Shown here one piece after another: positions 9,599 to 19,710 of a stretch of DNA of 64,000 bases. Each line of letters begins with the position of its first letter. The first letter of the stretch is position 1. The stretch comes from an uncultured Chloroflexia bacterium (GTDB lineage Bacteria; Chloroflexota; Limnocylindria; QHBO01): the NCBI GenBank assembly GCA_963825525.1, contig CAWGTN010000003.1:144297-208296 (forward strand), in the 5' to 3' direction. Both the position numbers and the translations under genes were made by a program. The notes beneath the pieces were generated by a model. That model did no database searches. It saw only the letters and a list, made by a program, of their open reading frames with translations, and was not told the origin of the DNA.

Positions 9599-10369
9599 TC
9601 AGGCGCCGTCACCCTCTGCATCAGTGCTCGAGTCGTCCGCGCCACCGTCACCGTGGTGGCCCGGACCGAAGTGACCGCGTCCGCCGCCGAACCCGCCGAA
9701 CCCGCCCAGGCCGCGACCGTCGAACTGTCCGCCAGCTTCGAGCCAGGTGTCCAGGTGCTCGATCGCCGCATCGGCGCGAGCCTGGTCCATGCCCTCGGCG
9801 ACCGCGGCATCAAGGTCCGCCTGGACCGCCGCGCGCACCGAAGCCTTGACGTCGTCGTAGGCAACGCCCTGCGTCTCGGCCAGCGCCTCGAGGGATCCGG
9901 CCTCGCGCGCCTGCCCGATGAGGTCGGCGCTCTCGATGCCCAGTGCATCGGCTGCCGCCTCGAAGACATCGCCGCCGAGGAAGCCGCGGGCCATACCCCG
10001 TTCCTCTCCGGCATGGAGGCCGCGTCCGAAGGCTCGCCCGAACAGCTCGCAGCCTTCGCCGTCATAGGCGTCGACCCGTTCGCGAAGCTCGGTCGCTCGC
10101 TCCTCGGTGAGATCGCCGGCCGCAACGGCGGCGTCGATCGCGGCGTTGGCCGCCGACTGACCGGCGCTCACCAGGCCGGCGCGATCGGTCCCGAGCTCGG
10201 ACGACAGCGTATCCAGGAACGTGTCGCAGTATTCGCCGGCCGCGCCGGTGGTCTGGCCATCGCTGGCGGCTGGTTCGTCGGTGGCCAGCGCGGAGCCGAT
10301 GAGGGTTCCGCCCAGCAGGGCCGAAACCAGGAGGGCTCCGGCAAAGCCGAGTGTTTTCGTGATGCGCAT
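9599..10369 (-). CDS. Secreted helical-repeat protein with Gly/His-rich tail
   Basis: SD GAGGT, Sec signal peptide ending SALA, two internal repeats (AAVAAGDLTEERA / AAVAEGMDQARA). Confidence 0.75.
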   Translation of the reverse strand: MRITKTLGFAGALLVSALLGGTLIGSALATDEPAASDGQTTGAAGEYCDTFLDTLSSELGTDRAGLVSAGQSAANAAIDAAVAAGDLTEERATELRERVDAYDGEGCELFGRAFGRGLHAGEERGMARGFLGGDVFEAAADALGIESADLIGQAREAGSLEALAETQGVAYDDVKASVRAAVQADLDAAVAEGMDQARADAAIEHLDTWLEAGGQFDGRGLGGFGGFGGGRGHFGPGHHGDGGADDSSTDAEGDGA

Positions 10370-10438
10370 TGGTACCTCACTGATGTGGGTGGATGAGGGC
10401 GGTGTCGTGTCGACGGCCAACGATGAGCGGAGGCGATG

Positions 10439-10487
10439 AAGATCGCACCAAGATCGACGGTGCCGGTCTTCACATCGTCTGAATCGG
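10439..10487. promoter_or_regulatory. Candidate OmpR-family binding sites (11-bp-period direct repeats)
   Basis: AAGATCG at 10439 and 10450; GTCT at 10466 and 10477; lies between divergent response regulator and secreted-protein gene. Confidence 0.4.
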
Positions 10488-10507
10488 CTCCGACTACGAT
10501 GCGGCCA

Positions 10508-11221
10508 ATGGGAGCACGAATTCTGGTCGTGGAGGACGAGCCGCAGCTGCGCGCGCTCCTTCGGCTGTACCTGGAGCGCGAGGGCCACAAGGTCACCGAT
10601 ACCGGCGACGGTCCATCAGCCCTTGCCGCCTATGACGCCGATGGCGCCGACCTGGTGGTGCTCGACCTCATGCTTCCCGGGATGCAGGGCGAGACGGTCC
10701 TCGAGGCACTGCGCGACGCGGGAACGGTTCCGGTGCTCATCACCTCGGCCAAGCGCAGCGACGCCGAGCGCATCGCCGGGCTGCGGGCCGGTGCCGACGA
10801 CTACCTGGCCAAGCCGTTCAATCCGCACGAGCTCACCGCTCGGGTCGCAGCGATCCTGCGTCGCAGCAGGCCGATGGGTGGGGACGACCCGCCGCCGATC
10901 CTGAGTTTCGATTCCGGCAGGTTGGTCCTCGATCCCGGATCGCGCCGCTACACGCGGGCCGACGGCGAGGCCGGGCGGCTGACGCCGGGCGAGAGCGCGC
11001 TGCTGGTGGCCCTCGCCGCGCGCCCGGGAGCGGTGCTTGCGCGTCAACAGCTGCTCGACGTCGTGGCGCGACGGCCCGACGAGGTCTACGAGCGCGTGGT
11101 CGACGTCCACGTGGCCAATCTTCGGCGCAAGCTCGGGGACGACCCCGGCGACCCGTGGCTCATCGAGACGGTGACCGCGACCGGCTACCGCCTTGTCGCC
11201 GCCCTGGATCCATCGCCGTGA
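10508..11221 (+). CDS. OmpR/PhoB-family response regulator
   Basis: VVEDE, LDLMLP, GADDYLAKPF and VDVHVANLRRKL motifs. Confidence 0.93.
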   Translation: MGARILVVEDEPQLRALLRLYLEREGHKVTDTGDGPSALAAYDADGADLVVLDLMLPGMQGETVLEALRDAGTVPVLITSAKRSDAERIAGLRAGADDYLAKPFNPHELTARVAAILRRSRPMGGDDPPPILSFDSGRLVLDPGSRRYTRADGEAGRLTPGESALLVALAARPGAVLARQQLLDVVARRPDEVYERVVDVHVANLRRKLGDDPGDPWLIETVTATGYRLVAALDPSP

Positions 11222-12525
11222 TGCGCGGCTGGCCACTTGCCGTGCGGCTGGCCGTGCTGCTGTCCCTGGTCGTCGTGGTCGTGCTGCTGGCGGTCGGGAT
11301 CATGGTCAATCGCGCGGCATCCCGCTCCCTCGACGAGACGCTGGGGCCACGTGACCAGGAACGCCTCAACCTGGCCGCCGCGATCGTGGAGGGAGGCCTT
11401 GAGCGTGGAGCGGACCGACGCGCCATGCAACGCCTCCTGGAGCGCATCGCCATCGAAACGAGGGGGTCGGTTCGGATCGTCGACGCCGAGGGTGCCGTGC
11501 TGTTCGAGGCCGGCCGGATTCCGGCGGACACCGAGAGCGAGACCCTGACGTCCAGCCTCTCCGATGCGGCCGGAGGCGGTGCACTGGAGGTCGAGCTGCC
11601 GAGCGCCGCCGCGCCGATCGTGCGCGCCTTCAACGGCGCGCTGCTCGTGACCGGGGTGATCGGCATCGCGGCGCTGCTCATGGCTGCCACGATCGGCGCG
11701 AGCCGCATGACACGCCCGCTGCGAGACGTTGCCGCGGCGGCCCGCCAGCTCGGTGCCGGCGACCTGAGCGTGCGGGCGCGGGGTGGGGCGGATGCGGAAT
11801 CGACCGAGCTGGCCACCGCATTCAACGGCATGGCCGAGCGCCTCGAGCGTTCGGAGACCCTTCGTCGCCGCGCGGCGAGCGATCTTGCCCACGATCTCGC
11901 TACCCCGGCGACCGTGCTCGAATCGCAGATCCAGGCGATGGTCGACGGCGTGGTGCCGGCCGACGCGACCCAGCTGGATCGTGCTCGGGCGGCGGCGGCC
12001 AGCCTGTCAGGCGTCATCGGCCACCTCGGCGACCTGACCCAGGCGGAGGCCGCGCCGCTCCAGCGCCGCGCCGAGCCGGTTCGACTGGGTGCGCTGTGCG
12101 ATGAGGTGGTCGCGGCGCTTCACGGCCTGCTCCTCGAACGCGACGTTCGCGCCGAGGCGTCCGGATCGGACCCGGTGGCAAGCGTCGACCGGGTCCAGGT
12201 GGAACGTGCGATCCGCAATGTGATCACGAACGCGGTCCAGCACTCGCCGAAGGGCGGGACCATCCGGATCGCGGTGTCGGAGGCGAACGGGCCCGAGGTG
12301 CGGATCACGGACGAGGGGAGTGGGATCGGAGCGGACGACCGACCATACGTGTTCGAGCGCTTCTACCGAGCCGACAGGTCCCGGGGGCGAATGCCCGGCA
12401 GCGGCATCGGTCTGACCGTGGCGCGCGAAATGGTCGTGGCCAACGGCGGCTCGATCGAGGTCGAGTCGACCGGGACACATGGGACCACCTTCCTGATCCG
12501 ATTCCCCGGCGCGCCATCGGCCTGA
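11221..12525 (+). CDS. HAMP-domain sensor histidine kinase (BaeS-like)
   Basis: 2 TM segments, HAMP, H-box AHDLATP, N-box NAVQH, FERFYR, GSGIGL. Confidence 0.92.
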   Translation: MRGWPLAVRLAVLLSLVVVVVLLAVGIMVNRAASRSLDETLGPRDQERLNLAAAIVEGGLERGADRRAMQRLLERIAIETRGSVRIVDAEGAVLFEAGRIPADTESETLTSSLSDAAGGGALEVELPSAAAPIVRAFNGALLVTGVIGIAALLMAATIGASRMTRPLRDVAAAARQLGAGDLSVRARGGADAESTELATAFNGMAERLERSETLRRRAASDLAHDLATPATVLESQIQAMVDGVVPADATQLDRARAAAASLSGVIGHLGDLTQAEAAPLQRRAEPVRLGALCDEVVAALHGLLLERDVRAEASGSDPVASVDRVQVERAIRNVITNAVQHSPKGGTIRIAVSEANGPEVRITDEGSGIGADDRPYVFERFYRADRSRGRMPGSGIGLTVAREMVVANGGSIEVESTGTHGTTFLIRFPGAPSA

Positions 12526-12542
12526 GCCGCACAATGGCGCCG

Positions 12543-12963
12543 ATGCCCAGGATCCTCGTGTTGCTCGCACTCGTGCTTGCTGCCTGCGCCGCGCCGACCG
12601 GCGATGCCGTGGCGGCGTGCGACGAATCGTGGGATGCCGTGGAGCCCTTGATCGTCACACCGACCGACGAGGCTGCGATCAGCGTGCCCATCGACTGCAT
12701 GGTGCGAGATCGACGAGTCGCGCATCCGGATCGGCTTTCTGATGCCCCCGGGGCCCAGCTGTCATCGGCTCAGCGGCCTCACCATCACGGAGAGTGCCGA
12801 TGCCGTCGAGATCAGCATCGCCGTGTCCGTCGTCAACGACCCGCTGGCCGGCGCCTGCGCGGAGGAATCGACGCGGGCCGTGACCGAGGTGGACCTCCAG
12901 GCACCCGTGGCCGACCGCGATCTGCTCGACGGAGGGGCTCAGCCGGTACCATCGGGGTCATGA
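12543..12963 (+). CDS. Hypothetical lipoprotein (one frameshift near 12700-12726)
   Basis: Lipobox LAAC in one frame, continued by EIDESRIRIGFLMPPGPSCHRL...DLLDGG in another; stop overlaps the ALDH start (ATGA). Confidence 0.6.
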
Positions 12964-14435
12964 CAACCGTTCCCACCAAGCTGCTGATTGCCGGTGAGCT
13001 GCGAGACGCGCAGGCCGGCGCCACCTTCGACACCTTCGATCCGGCACGCGGAGCCGAGCTCGCCAGCGTTGCCCAGGGTGGCACCGATGATGTCGACGCC
13101 GCCGTCAGTGCGGCCCGCGGTGCCTTCGACGGGGCATGGGCCAAGACCGCGCCCGCCAAGCGCGCACGGATGCTGAACCGGCTGGCGCAGCTCATCGACG
13201 AGCACACCGACGAGCTTGCCGAGCTCGAGAGCCGTAACTGCGGCAAGGCAAAGTGGCAGTGCGTGGCCGAGATCAAGGTCGCGGTGTCGACGCTCGAGTT
13301 CTTCGCCGGTGCCGCGCACCATCTCTACGGCCGATCGCACGTCGTGAATCCGGCGGTCGTCACCTACACCCTGCGCGAGCCGGTCGGGGTGGTCGGGGCG
13401 ATCATCCCGTGGAACTACCCATTCATGATGGCTGCCTGGAAGGTGGCTCCGGCCCTGGCCACCGGCAACACCATGGTGCTCAAGCCCGCGTCGGCCACCC
13501 CGCTGACGGCCATCCGTCTCGGCGAGCTGGCGCTCGAGGCCGGCATTCCGGCCGGCGTTCTCAACGTCGTCCCGGGCCCTGGGGCCGAGGTGGGGGAGGC
13601 GATGGCCGCGCACCCGGGCATCGACAAGATCGCATTCACCGGCGAGACCGCCACCGGCCGGCGTATCGCCGAGACTGCGGCGAAGACCCTGAAGCGGGTC
13701 TCGCTCGAGCTCGGAGGCAAGAGCCCGAATATCGTGTTCGCCGATGCGGACCTCGACGCCGCCGTCATCGGCTCTCTGTGGGCGATCTACTACTCGGCCG
13801 GACAGTCGTGCGAGGCGCGCTCACGGATCCTGGTCGAGGACGAGGTGTATGACGCGTTTGCATCGGCATTTGCGGAGAAGGCGAAGGCGCTCAAGGTCGG
13901 CGACCCATTGGCCGATGACACGAAGGTCGGCTCGCTGATCAGCCGTTCCCACGCCGACAAGGTGCGCGGGTTCGTGGAGATGGGCGTCGAGGACGGCGGC
14001 GAGCTGCTGGCCGGTGGCGCCGTCAGCCTGGATGGCGGGCTGGATGCCGATGCCTACGTGGCTCCGACGGTCATCGGCGGCGTGACGAACGACTCGCGGA
14101 TCGCCCAGGAAGAGGTGTTCGGGCCGGTCGTGACGCTGACCCGATTCGGCGATGAGGCGGAAGCCGTGAAATTCGCCAATGACGTGCGCTACGGGTTGGC
14201 CGCCACGGTCTGGACCGGCGACGCGGCGCGCGGCCATCGGGTGGCGCAGCGCATTCGGTCGGGCGCCATCGGCATCAACACGCCATTCGTCGCGTTCCCC
14301 GGCGTGCCGTTCGGCGGCTTCAAGGAGTCCGGATACGGTCGCGAGCAGTCGATCGAGGCGCTCGACCTCTATACCGAGACCAAGGCCGTCCTGCAGGGGA
14401 CGTCGCCGAAGACCGTCAACCCGTTCGGGATCTGA
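12960..14435 (+). CDS. Aldehyde dehydrogenase
   Basis: IIPWNYP, FTGETATG, LELGGKSP, catalytic GQSC, EEVFGPV, PFGGFKESG. Confidence 0.95.
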   Translation: MTTVPTKLLIAGELRDAQAGATFDTFDPARGAELASVAQGGTDDVDAAVSAARGAFDGAWAKTAPAKRARMLNRLAQLIDEHTDELAELESRNCGKAKWQCVAEIKVAVSTLEFFAGAAHHLYGRSHVVNPAVVTYTLREPVGVVGAIIPWNYPFMMAAWKVAPALATGNTMVLKPASATPLTAIRLGELALEAGIPAGVLNVVPGPGAEVGEAMAAHPGIDKIAFTGETATGRRIAETAAKTLKRVSLELGGKSPNIVFADADLDAAVIGSLWAIYYSAGQSCEARSRILVEDEVYDAFASAFAEKAKALKVGDPLADDTKVGSLISRSHADKVRGFVEMGVEDGGELLAGGAVSLDGGLDADAYVAPTVIGGVTNDSRIAQEEVFGPVVTLTRFGDEAEAVKFANDVRYGLAATVWTGDAARGHRVAQRIRSGAIGINTPFVAFPGVPFGGFKESGYGREQSIEALDLYTETKAVLQGTSPKTVNPFGI

Positions 14436-14887
14436 TGCCGATCCTCCACACCCGCAGCTGGGTTCCGGCGCCGATCGACGAGGTGTTCACGTTCTTCGAT
14501 GACCCGGCAAACCTCGGCCGTCTCATGCCGCCGCCGGTGCGGATTCGGCTCGTGCGGATCGAGCCCTCGCCGCCTCAGCCGGGGTCGATCTTCGAGTTCC
14601 GCTACGGGCTCGGTCCGTTCCAGCGAACGTGGATCGTGCGGCTGCTGGATCGGGTGCCGGGCGAGCGATTCGTGGACGAGACCGTCAGCGGCCCCATGGC
14701 CCGCTTCAACCACAGCCACGGCTTCCGCGCGGGTGAGCGCGGCACGTTCATCGAGGATCGGATCGATTTCCATGTCGGTCCGGACGGGGCTGTCGGGGCG
14801 GTGGTCGACGCACTCGCCGGCATCGTGATGCGCATGACCTTCGTCTGGCGCGCGGCTCGCCAGCGCCAGATCCTCCGAGGATCCTAG
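14435..14887 (+). CDS. SRPBCC family protein
   Basis: APIDEVFTFF..PANL..LMPP, FVD..GP..H.H pattern. Confidence 0.8.
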   Translation: MPILHTRSWVPAPIDEVFTFFDDPANLGRLMPPPVRIRLVRIEPSPPQPGSIFEFRYGLGPFQRTWIVRLLDRVPGERFVDETVSGPMARFNHSHGFRAGERGTFIEDRIDFHVGPDGAVGAVVDALAGIVMRMTFVWRAARQRQILRGS

Positions 14888-15285
14888 GCCGGCTCCATCG
14901 ACCGGACCTCGCGTCGGACCAGTGCCGTGGCGAAGAGCACGAGTGCCAGGCCTCCATACACCCCGACCAGGTGATAGGCGGTCGCCGTCAGCCCAAGGTA
15001 GGTGTCCTCTGGCAGCGGCGGGGGCCCAATGCAGGCGCACGCCGCCTGGTACCCGATGAGCAGGACCCCGATCCACACTGCGGCCACCGTCCAGGCGCCC
15101 GCAATGGTGTGGGCCACGAACCGATGCGGTCGGCCGGTCGGGTCGGCGACTGCCCACGCGTGAATCCCACCGGCGAGGGTCAGGGCCACGAAGAATGGAA
15201 CGATGTCTCCGTCGCCGTCCTGGCTGGCCGCCACGGCGGCGACGCCAGCGAGCATCGCGGCCGCAATACTCGGGATGCCGCGCAT
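14884..15285 (-). CDS. Hypothetical membrane protein (about 4 TM)
   Basis: Hydrophobic ORF, SD GGAGGAG upstream, CAC motif in a loop. Confidence 0.6.
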   Translation of the reverse strand: MRGIPSIAAAMLAGVAAVAASQDGDGDIVPFFVALTLAGGIHAWAVADPTGRPHRFVAHTIAGAWTVAAVWIGVLLIGYQAACACIGPPPLPEDTYLGLTATAYHLVGVYGGLALVLFATALVRREVRSMEPA

Positions 15286-15378
15286 CGGTCACTCCTCCCC
15301 TGCGATGTCCGGATTGTATCGGCCCTCAGCAATGGGTCGGTTGCGTCGGGTGGGGACGCCGCGTACCGTGGGATGACG

Positions 15379-16272
15379 ATGTCCGGTGCCCTCGCTGCAT
15401 GGTTCGATCGGTTCCCCGAAGGCTGGTGGGGGTATCACTGGGCGCCACCGCAGCCGATGAGCGCGGTCGAGCTGATCGGGACCCCGACCATCGACTCCCG
15501 CCTGATGGCGACCCTGTGGGCGGTGATGAGTCGACGCCGGAGCGTGATGCTGAGCTCGGAGGCGCCGCAGGCCGGCAAGACCACCGCGCTCTCCGCGCTC
15601 GTTGACTTCCTTCCCGACGACACGACCGGCATCTTTGTGCGTGGGTGGGCGGAGGGGTACGACTGGCTCGACGAGATCCCGGAGGGGACGGGCTACCTCC
15701 TTATCAACGAAATGAGCGACCACCTCCCGATCTACGTCTGGGGCCGGGCCGCTCGTGGGGCGCTCATGCTCGCCGGCAAGGGCTGGGGGATGGGTGCCAC
15801 GATGCACGCCGATTCGCTGCCCGAGGCCCTCGACGCGCTCCGCGGCCAGCTGGGCGTCACGGATCGCGACCTGGCGGGAATCACGATCTACCTCCAGTAC
15901 TCGGCGTATATGACCCCCGTCGGGATGTATCGGCGCATCGAAGAGGCCTGGCACCTCCGGCTCGACGATGCCGGGGCGCTGGCACCGGTGCGCCTTGGGG
16001 CGATCGCCGGTGAACGGTCACCCAGCCTGACCGGGGCCCAGCGCCTGCCCTCGCCGCCGATGCTCCCGAGCGATGGCGGTCGAGCCGGCCGACCCTTCGA
16101 GCATGATCCGGCAGCCTATGCGGTGCTCGCCCGGAGCCTTGGCATCGGGCCGGAGGAGTTCGAGTCCGAGCTCGGGCAGCGGTCGTCCTTTCTCGATGAT
16201 CTCGCCGAACGAAACGTGTGCGATCCGCCCTCGGTGGCCATCGCGATTCGGTCGTACGTACCGGAATCCTGA
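15379..16272 (+). CDS. Divergent VirB11/TadA-like P-loop ATPase, stand-alone
   Basis: Walker A APQAGKTT, Walker B LLINEM, His-box GATMHADS. Confidence 0.65.
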   Translation: MSGALAAWFDRFPEGWWGYHWAPPQPMSAVELIGTPTIDSRLMATLWAVMSRRRSVMLSSEAPQAGKTTALSALVDFLPDDTTGIFVRGWAEGYDWLDEIPEGTGYLLINEMSDHLPIYVWGRAARGALMLAGKGWGMGATMHADSLPEALDALRGQLGVTDRDLAGITIYLQYSAYMTPVGMYRRIEEAWHLRLDDAGALAPVRLGAIAGERSPSLTGAQRLPSPPMLPSDGGRAGRPFEHDPAAYAVLARSLGIGPEEFESELGQRSSFLDDLAERNVCDPPSVAIAIRSYVPES

Positions 16273-16364
16273 CCGGCATCGCCGGGTCGCCGTGGCGCGT
16301 TGGCCTGCCTCATGCATAGGACGGTGACCTAGCCGCCCGATGTCACTTCAGGAGCCTCGCCCAC

Positions 16365-18203
16365 ATGCCACGCATCCTTCCCCTGTTCGTCGTCATGCTG
16401 CTGACCCTGGTCGCGTGTGAATCCGACACGGCGACATCCCCCGACGCAACCGTTGCGGGAAGCCAGCCACCGTCGGAACCCGCCGCTTCTCAGTCAGCCG
16501 AAGAGTCCGCGGATCCCGCGGCGAGCGGACCGACCATGTCCGACGAGACGCTCGGTGTCGAGGTTGCGTCCTCCGGTTTCGAGCAGCCGACCGGCATGGC
16601 GTTCATCGGCGAGGAAGAGTACTTCGTGATCGAGAAGGGCACCGGCGAGGTGCACCGAGTGTCGGATGGCGAGCCCGGGGAGCCCGTTCTCGACCTGGCA
16701 GTGAATTTCTTCGATGAGCGCGGCCTGCTCGGGATCGCGGTGCATCCCGACTTCGGCGACAACGGGTACGTGTACCTGTTCTGGACCTGGACCGGTGAGG
16801 GAGAAGGAGAGCAGTCGCTGCTGGGCGCGGATAGCGAGGATGAGTTCGCCGTCCCTGAGCTCGGCAACCGCGTCGATCGATTCGTCTGGGATGGCGAAGG
16901 GCTGACGTGGGATCTCAACATCGTCGAGATGCGAAGCAACACGCTCGAGACCGATACCCTGGACCGCATCCGCGGGAATCACGATGGCGGGCAGATGGTC
17001 TTCGGCTTGGATAACACCCTCTACTTCGTCATCGGCGACCAGAACCTGCGGGGGGAGCTCCAGAACATCGAAGGCCAGGGCGGGCTGGACCCGGCCAACT
17101 GGACCGGGGTGGTCGTTCGAGTCAACGACGACGGTTCGATTCCGGACGACAACCCCTTCGTTGGTGCCGCCAGTGCCATGGATGGCCCTGCGGCCGAGAA
17201 TCTGGCCCGAACGTGGGCGTACGGCGTCCGAAACAGCTTCGGCCTTGCCATCCACCCGGAGACCGGCGCGCTCTGGCAGACGGAGAACGGCGACGACAGC
17301 TGGGACGAGATCAATATCTTCCCCGGCGGGTCCAACTCGGGCTGGTGGCAGGTGATGGGACCGTCCGTCCGCTTTGACGAGTATCGCCAGCTCGAAGTCG
17401 ACTCCGAGGATGGGACCGACGTCGCGGAATACCCGCCGGATCAACTGGCCGAATCGGCCGAAGAGGCGTTGTCACGCTTGGTGGAATACGAAGGAAGCCA
17501 GTTCGTGGAGCCGGTCTTCGCCTGGAAGTATCCGCCGGCTGTGACCTCGATCGCGCTCGTCGCGGACACCTCGCTCGGTGAGTCATCGGCGAACACCGCA
17601 TGGGTCGGCACCGTGTTGACGGACTCCCTCTTCCGCTATCCCCTGGCCGCGGACGGATCTGGGTTCGACCTCGGCGCTGACGAGGGCCTCGCCGATGGCG
17701 TCGACGACAACGCGCAGAAGGGCGATCTCGGCGAGAGCGAACCCTATGCCGTGGGAACGGGCTTCGGCATCGTGACGCACATTGTCCCGGCGCCCGACGG
17801 CATGCTCTATGTGACCAGCCTCGACTCGGGCAACGTGTATCGGATCGGGCCGGCTGACCAGGTCGGCGCCGGTCCCACCTCGTCGGCGGCACCCAGCGCC
17901 GGTGCGGCCGAGGGCGACGTGGTCGAGATCACCGTCGGAACCGACGATGGCAACGAGCTGCTCTTCGTCCCGGACGAGATCAGCGTGCCGGCGGGGACGA
18001 CGGTCCGCCTGACCTTCGTGAACGAGTCGACCGTTCCGCACAACCTCACCTTCGGCGCGCCGATCAACGCCGCCACGGCCACGATCGTGGACCCGGGGGC
18101 CGAAGAAACGATCGAGTTCACTGCCCCGGAGGCGGGCGAGTACACCTTTACCTGCACGCTCCACCCCGGCATGGATGGGACACTGACGGTCGAGGAGGGG
18201 TAG
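16365..18203 (+). CDS. PQQ-dependent sugar dehydrogenase (GSDH) lipoprotein fused to C-terminal cupredoxin
   Basis: Lipobox LVAC; ERGLLGIAVHPDF, NHDGG, IPDDNPF, YGVRN, TENG..DEIN; Cu site PHN...CTLHPGM. Confidence 0.85.
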   Translation: MPRILPLFVVMLLTLVACESDTATSPDATVAGSQPPSEPAASQSAEESADPAASGPTMSDETLGVEVASSGFEQPTGMAFIGEEEYFVIEKGTGEVHRVSDGEPGEPVLDLAVNFFDERGLLGIAVHPDFGDNGYVYLFWTWTGEGEGEQSLLGADSEDEFAVPELGNRVDRFVWDGEGLTWDLNIVEMRSNTLETDTLDRIRGNHDGGQMVFGLDNTLYFVIGDQNLRGELQNIEGQGGLDPANWTGVVVRVNDDGSIPDDNPFVGAASAMDGPAAENLARTWAYGVRNSFGLAIHPETGALWQTENGDDSWDEINIFPGGSNSGWWQVMGPSVRFDEYRQLEVDSEDGTDVAEYPPDQLAESAEEALSRLVEYEGSQFVEPVFAWKYPPAVTSIALVADTSLGESSANTAWVGTVLTDSLFRYPLAADGSGFDLGADEGLADGVDDNAQKGDLGESEPYAVGTGFGIVTHIVPAPDGMLYVTSLDSGNVYRIGPADQVGAGPTSSAAPSAGAAEGDVVEITVGTDDGNELLFVPDEISVPAGTTVRLTFVNESTVPHNLTFGAPINAATATIVDPGAEETIEFTAPEAGEYTFTCTLHPGMDGTLTVEEG

Positions 18204-18243
18204 CCTCCACGGCGGGGCGCGCCACGGGTGGTAGCCTCTTGGC

Positions 18244-19671
18244 ATGAACCTCGTGGCGCCCCGTCCTGACGACACGACCCTCGGACAGCTGCGAGTGGCG
18301 GGCTACCGCGCTCGGAGCGTCAAGGAGGAGATGCGCGCCAACCTGTTGGCCCGCCTGCGGGAGGGGAAGTCGTTCCTGCCCGGCATCCTGGGCTACGACG
18401 ACACCGTGCTACCGCAGCTCGAGAACGCGATCCTGGCGGGACAGGACGTCATCCTGCTCGGTGAGCGCGGCCAGGCCAAGAGCCGGATCGCTCGTTCGCT
18501 GGTTGGGCTGCTGGATCCGTGGGTTCCCTACGTCGCCGGCACCGAGATCCATGACGATCCTCTGCAACCGATCTCGCCCCTTGCCCGCAGCATCGTGGCC
18601 GAGCAGGGCGACGCCACGCCCATCGGCTGGTGGGCAGCAGAGGATCGCTACAGCGAGAAGCTCTCGACGCCGGACATCAGCATCGCCGACCTCATCGGCG
18701 AGGTGGACCCGGTCAAGGTTGCCGAGGGTCGATACCTGTCGGACGAACTCACGATCCACTACGGGCTGCTGCCGCGGACCCATCGCGGCATCTTCAGCCT
18801 CAACGAGCTGCCGGACCTCGCCGAGCGGATCCAGGTCGGCCTCCTCAACGTGATGGAAGAGCGTGACGTCCAGGTGCGTGGGTATCGGGTTCGACTGGAC
18901 CTCGACCTGTTCGTGATCGCCAGCGCGAATCCCGAGGACTACACGAGCCGCGGCCGGATCATCACCCCCCTCAAGGACCGATTCGGTGCCCAGATCCGGA
19001 CCCACTACCCGGAGGAGACCTCGGTCGAGATCGCGATCATGGAGGGCGAAGCGGCCTCCTTTGACGAGACCGATGGCGGGGCGGTGCCGGTCCAGGTGCC
19101 GGGCTTCATGAAAGAGATCGTGGCCGAGCTGTCCCAGCTGGCCCGACGATCATCCGAGGTGAGCCAGCGCTCCGGCGTTTCGGTGCGCGTCACGATCGCC
19201 AATCACGAGACCCTGGGGGCAGCCGCCCTGAAACGGGCAGTACGGCTGGGCGAGCCGTCGGCCGCGCCGCGCATCAGCGACCTTCCCGCGGTCGTGGCCT
19301 CGACCGCCGGCAAGATCGAGCTCGAGACGCTCGGCGACGAGACCCGCGAGGATCGCGTGGTCGAGAAGCTGGTGGCCCGGGCGGTGGTCAACGTCTTCAA
19401 CCGACACTTCGCGATCTCCGAGCTGGTACCACTGCTCGAGCGCTTCGAGGAGGACGGGGTTGCCGCCGAGGTCGGGGATCTCGTCGGCTCGCAGTCACAC
19501 GGTGAGCTGGCCGGTTCACTGCCCGAGCTCAGCGAGGCGGTTGGGCGCCTGGACGCCGGTGAGTCTGCGGCCGGGATCGCCTCCGCGGTGGAGTTCGTGC
19601 TCGAGGGCCTGCATCTCAATCGGCGGCTCAACAAGGAGCGTCGGGCGGGCGGGGTCCGCTACGCCCGCTGA
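18244..19671 (+). CDS. ChlI/MoxR-like AAA ATPase (mycobacterial Rv0958 type)
   Basis: GERGQAKS, NELPDLAERIQVGLLN and SANPEDYT.RGRIITPLKDR motifs. Confidence 0.85.
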   Translation: MNLVAPRPDDTTLGQLRVAGYRARSVKEEMRANLLARLREGKSFLPGILGYDDTVLPQLENAILAGQDVILLGERGQAKSRIARSLVGLLDPWVPYVAGTEIHDDPLQPISPLARSIVAEQGDATPIGWWAAEDRYSEKLSTPDISIADLIGEVDPVKVAEGRYLSDELTIHYGLLPRTHRGIFSLNELPDLAERIQVGLLNVMEERDVQVRGYRVRLDLDLFVIASANPEDYTSRGRIITPLKDRFGAQIRTHYPEETSVEIAIMEGEAASFDETDGGAVPVQVPGFMKEIVAELSQLARRSSEVSQRSGVSVRVTIANHETLGAAALKRAVRLGEPSAAPRISDLPAVVASTAGKIELETLGDETREDRVVEKLVARAVVNVFNRHFAISELVPLLERFEEDGVAAEVGDLVGSQSHGELAGSLPELSEAVGRLDAGESAAGIASAVEFVLEGLHLNRRLNKERRAGGVRYAR

Positions 19672-19710
19672 CCCTCGCGGGTCACGAGTGCGACGGGGAG
19701 CGCGCGTTCG

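Noticed and set aside
12534-14435. Apparent 633-aa lipoprotein-aldehyde dehydrogenase fusion in the ORF track
   Set aside because: Artefact of a frameshift in the upstream lipoprotein gene; ALDH has its own ATG at 12960 with a -10-like element and ATGA overlap.
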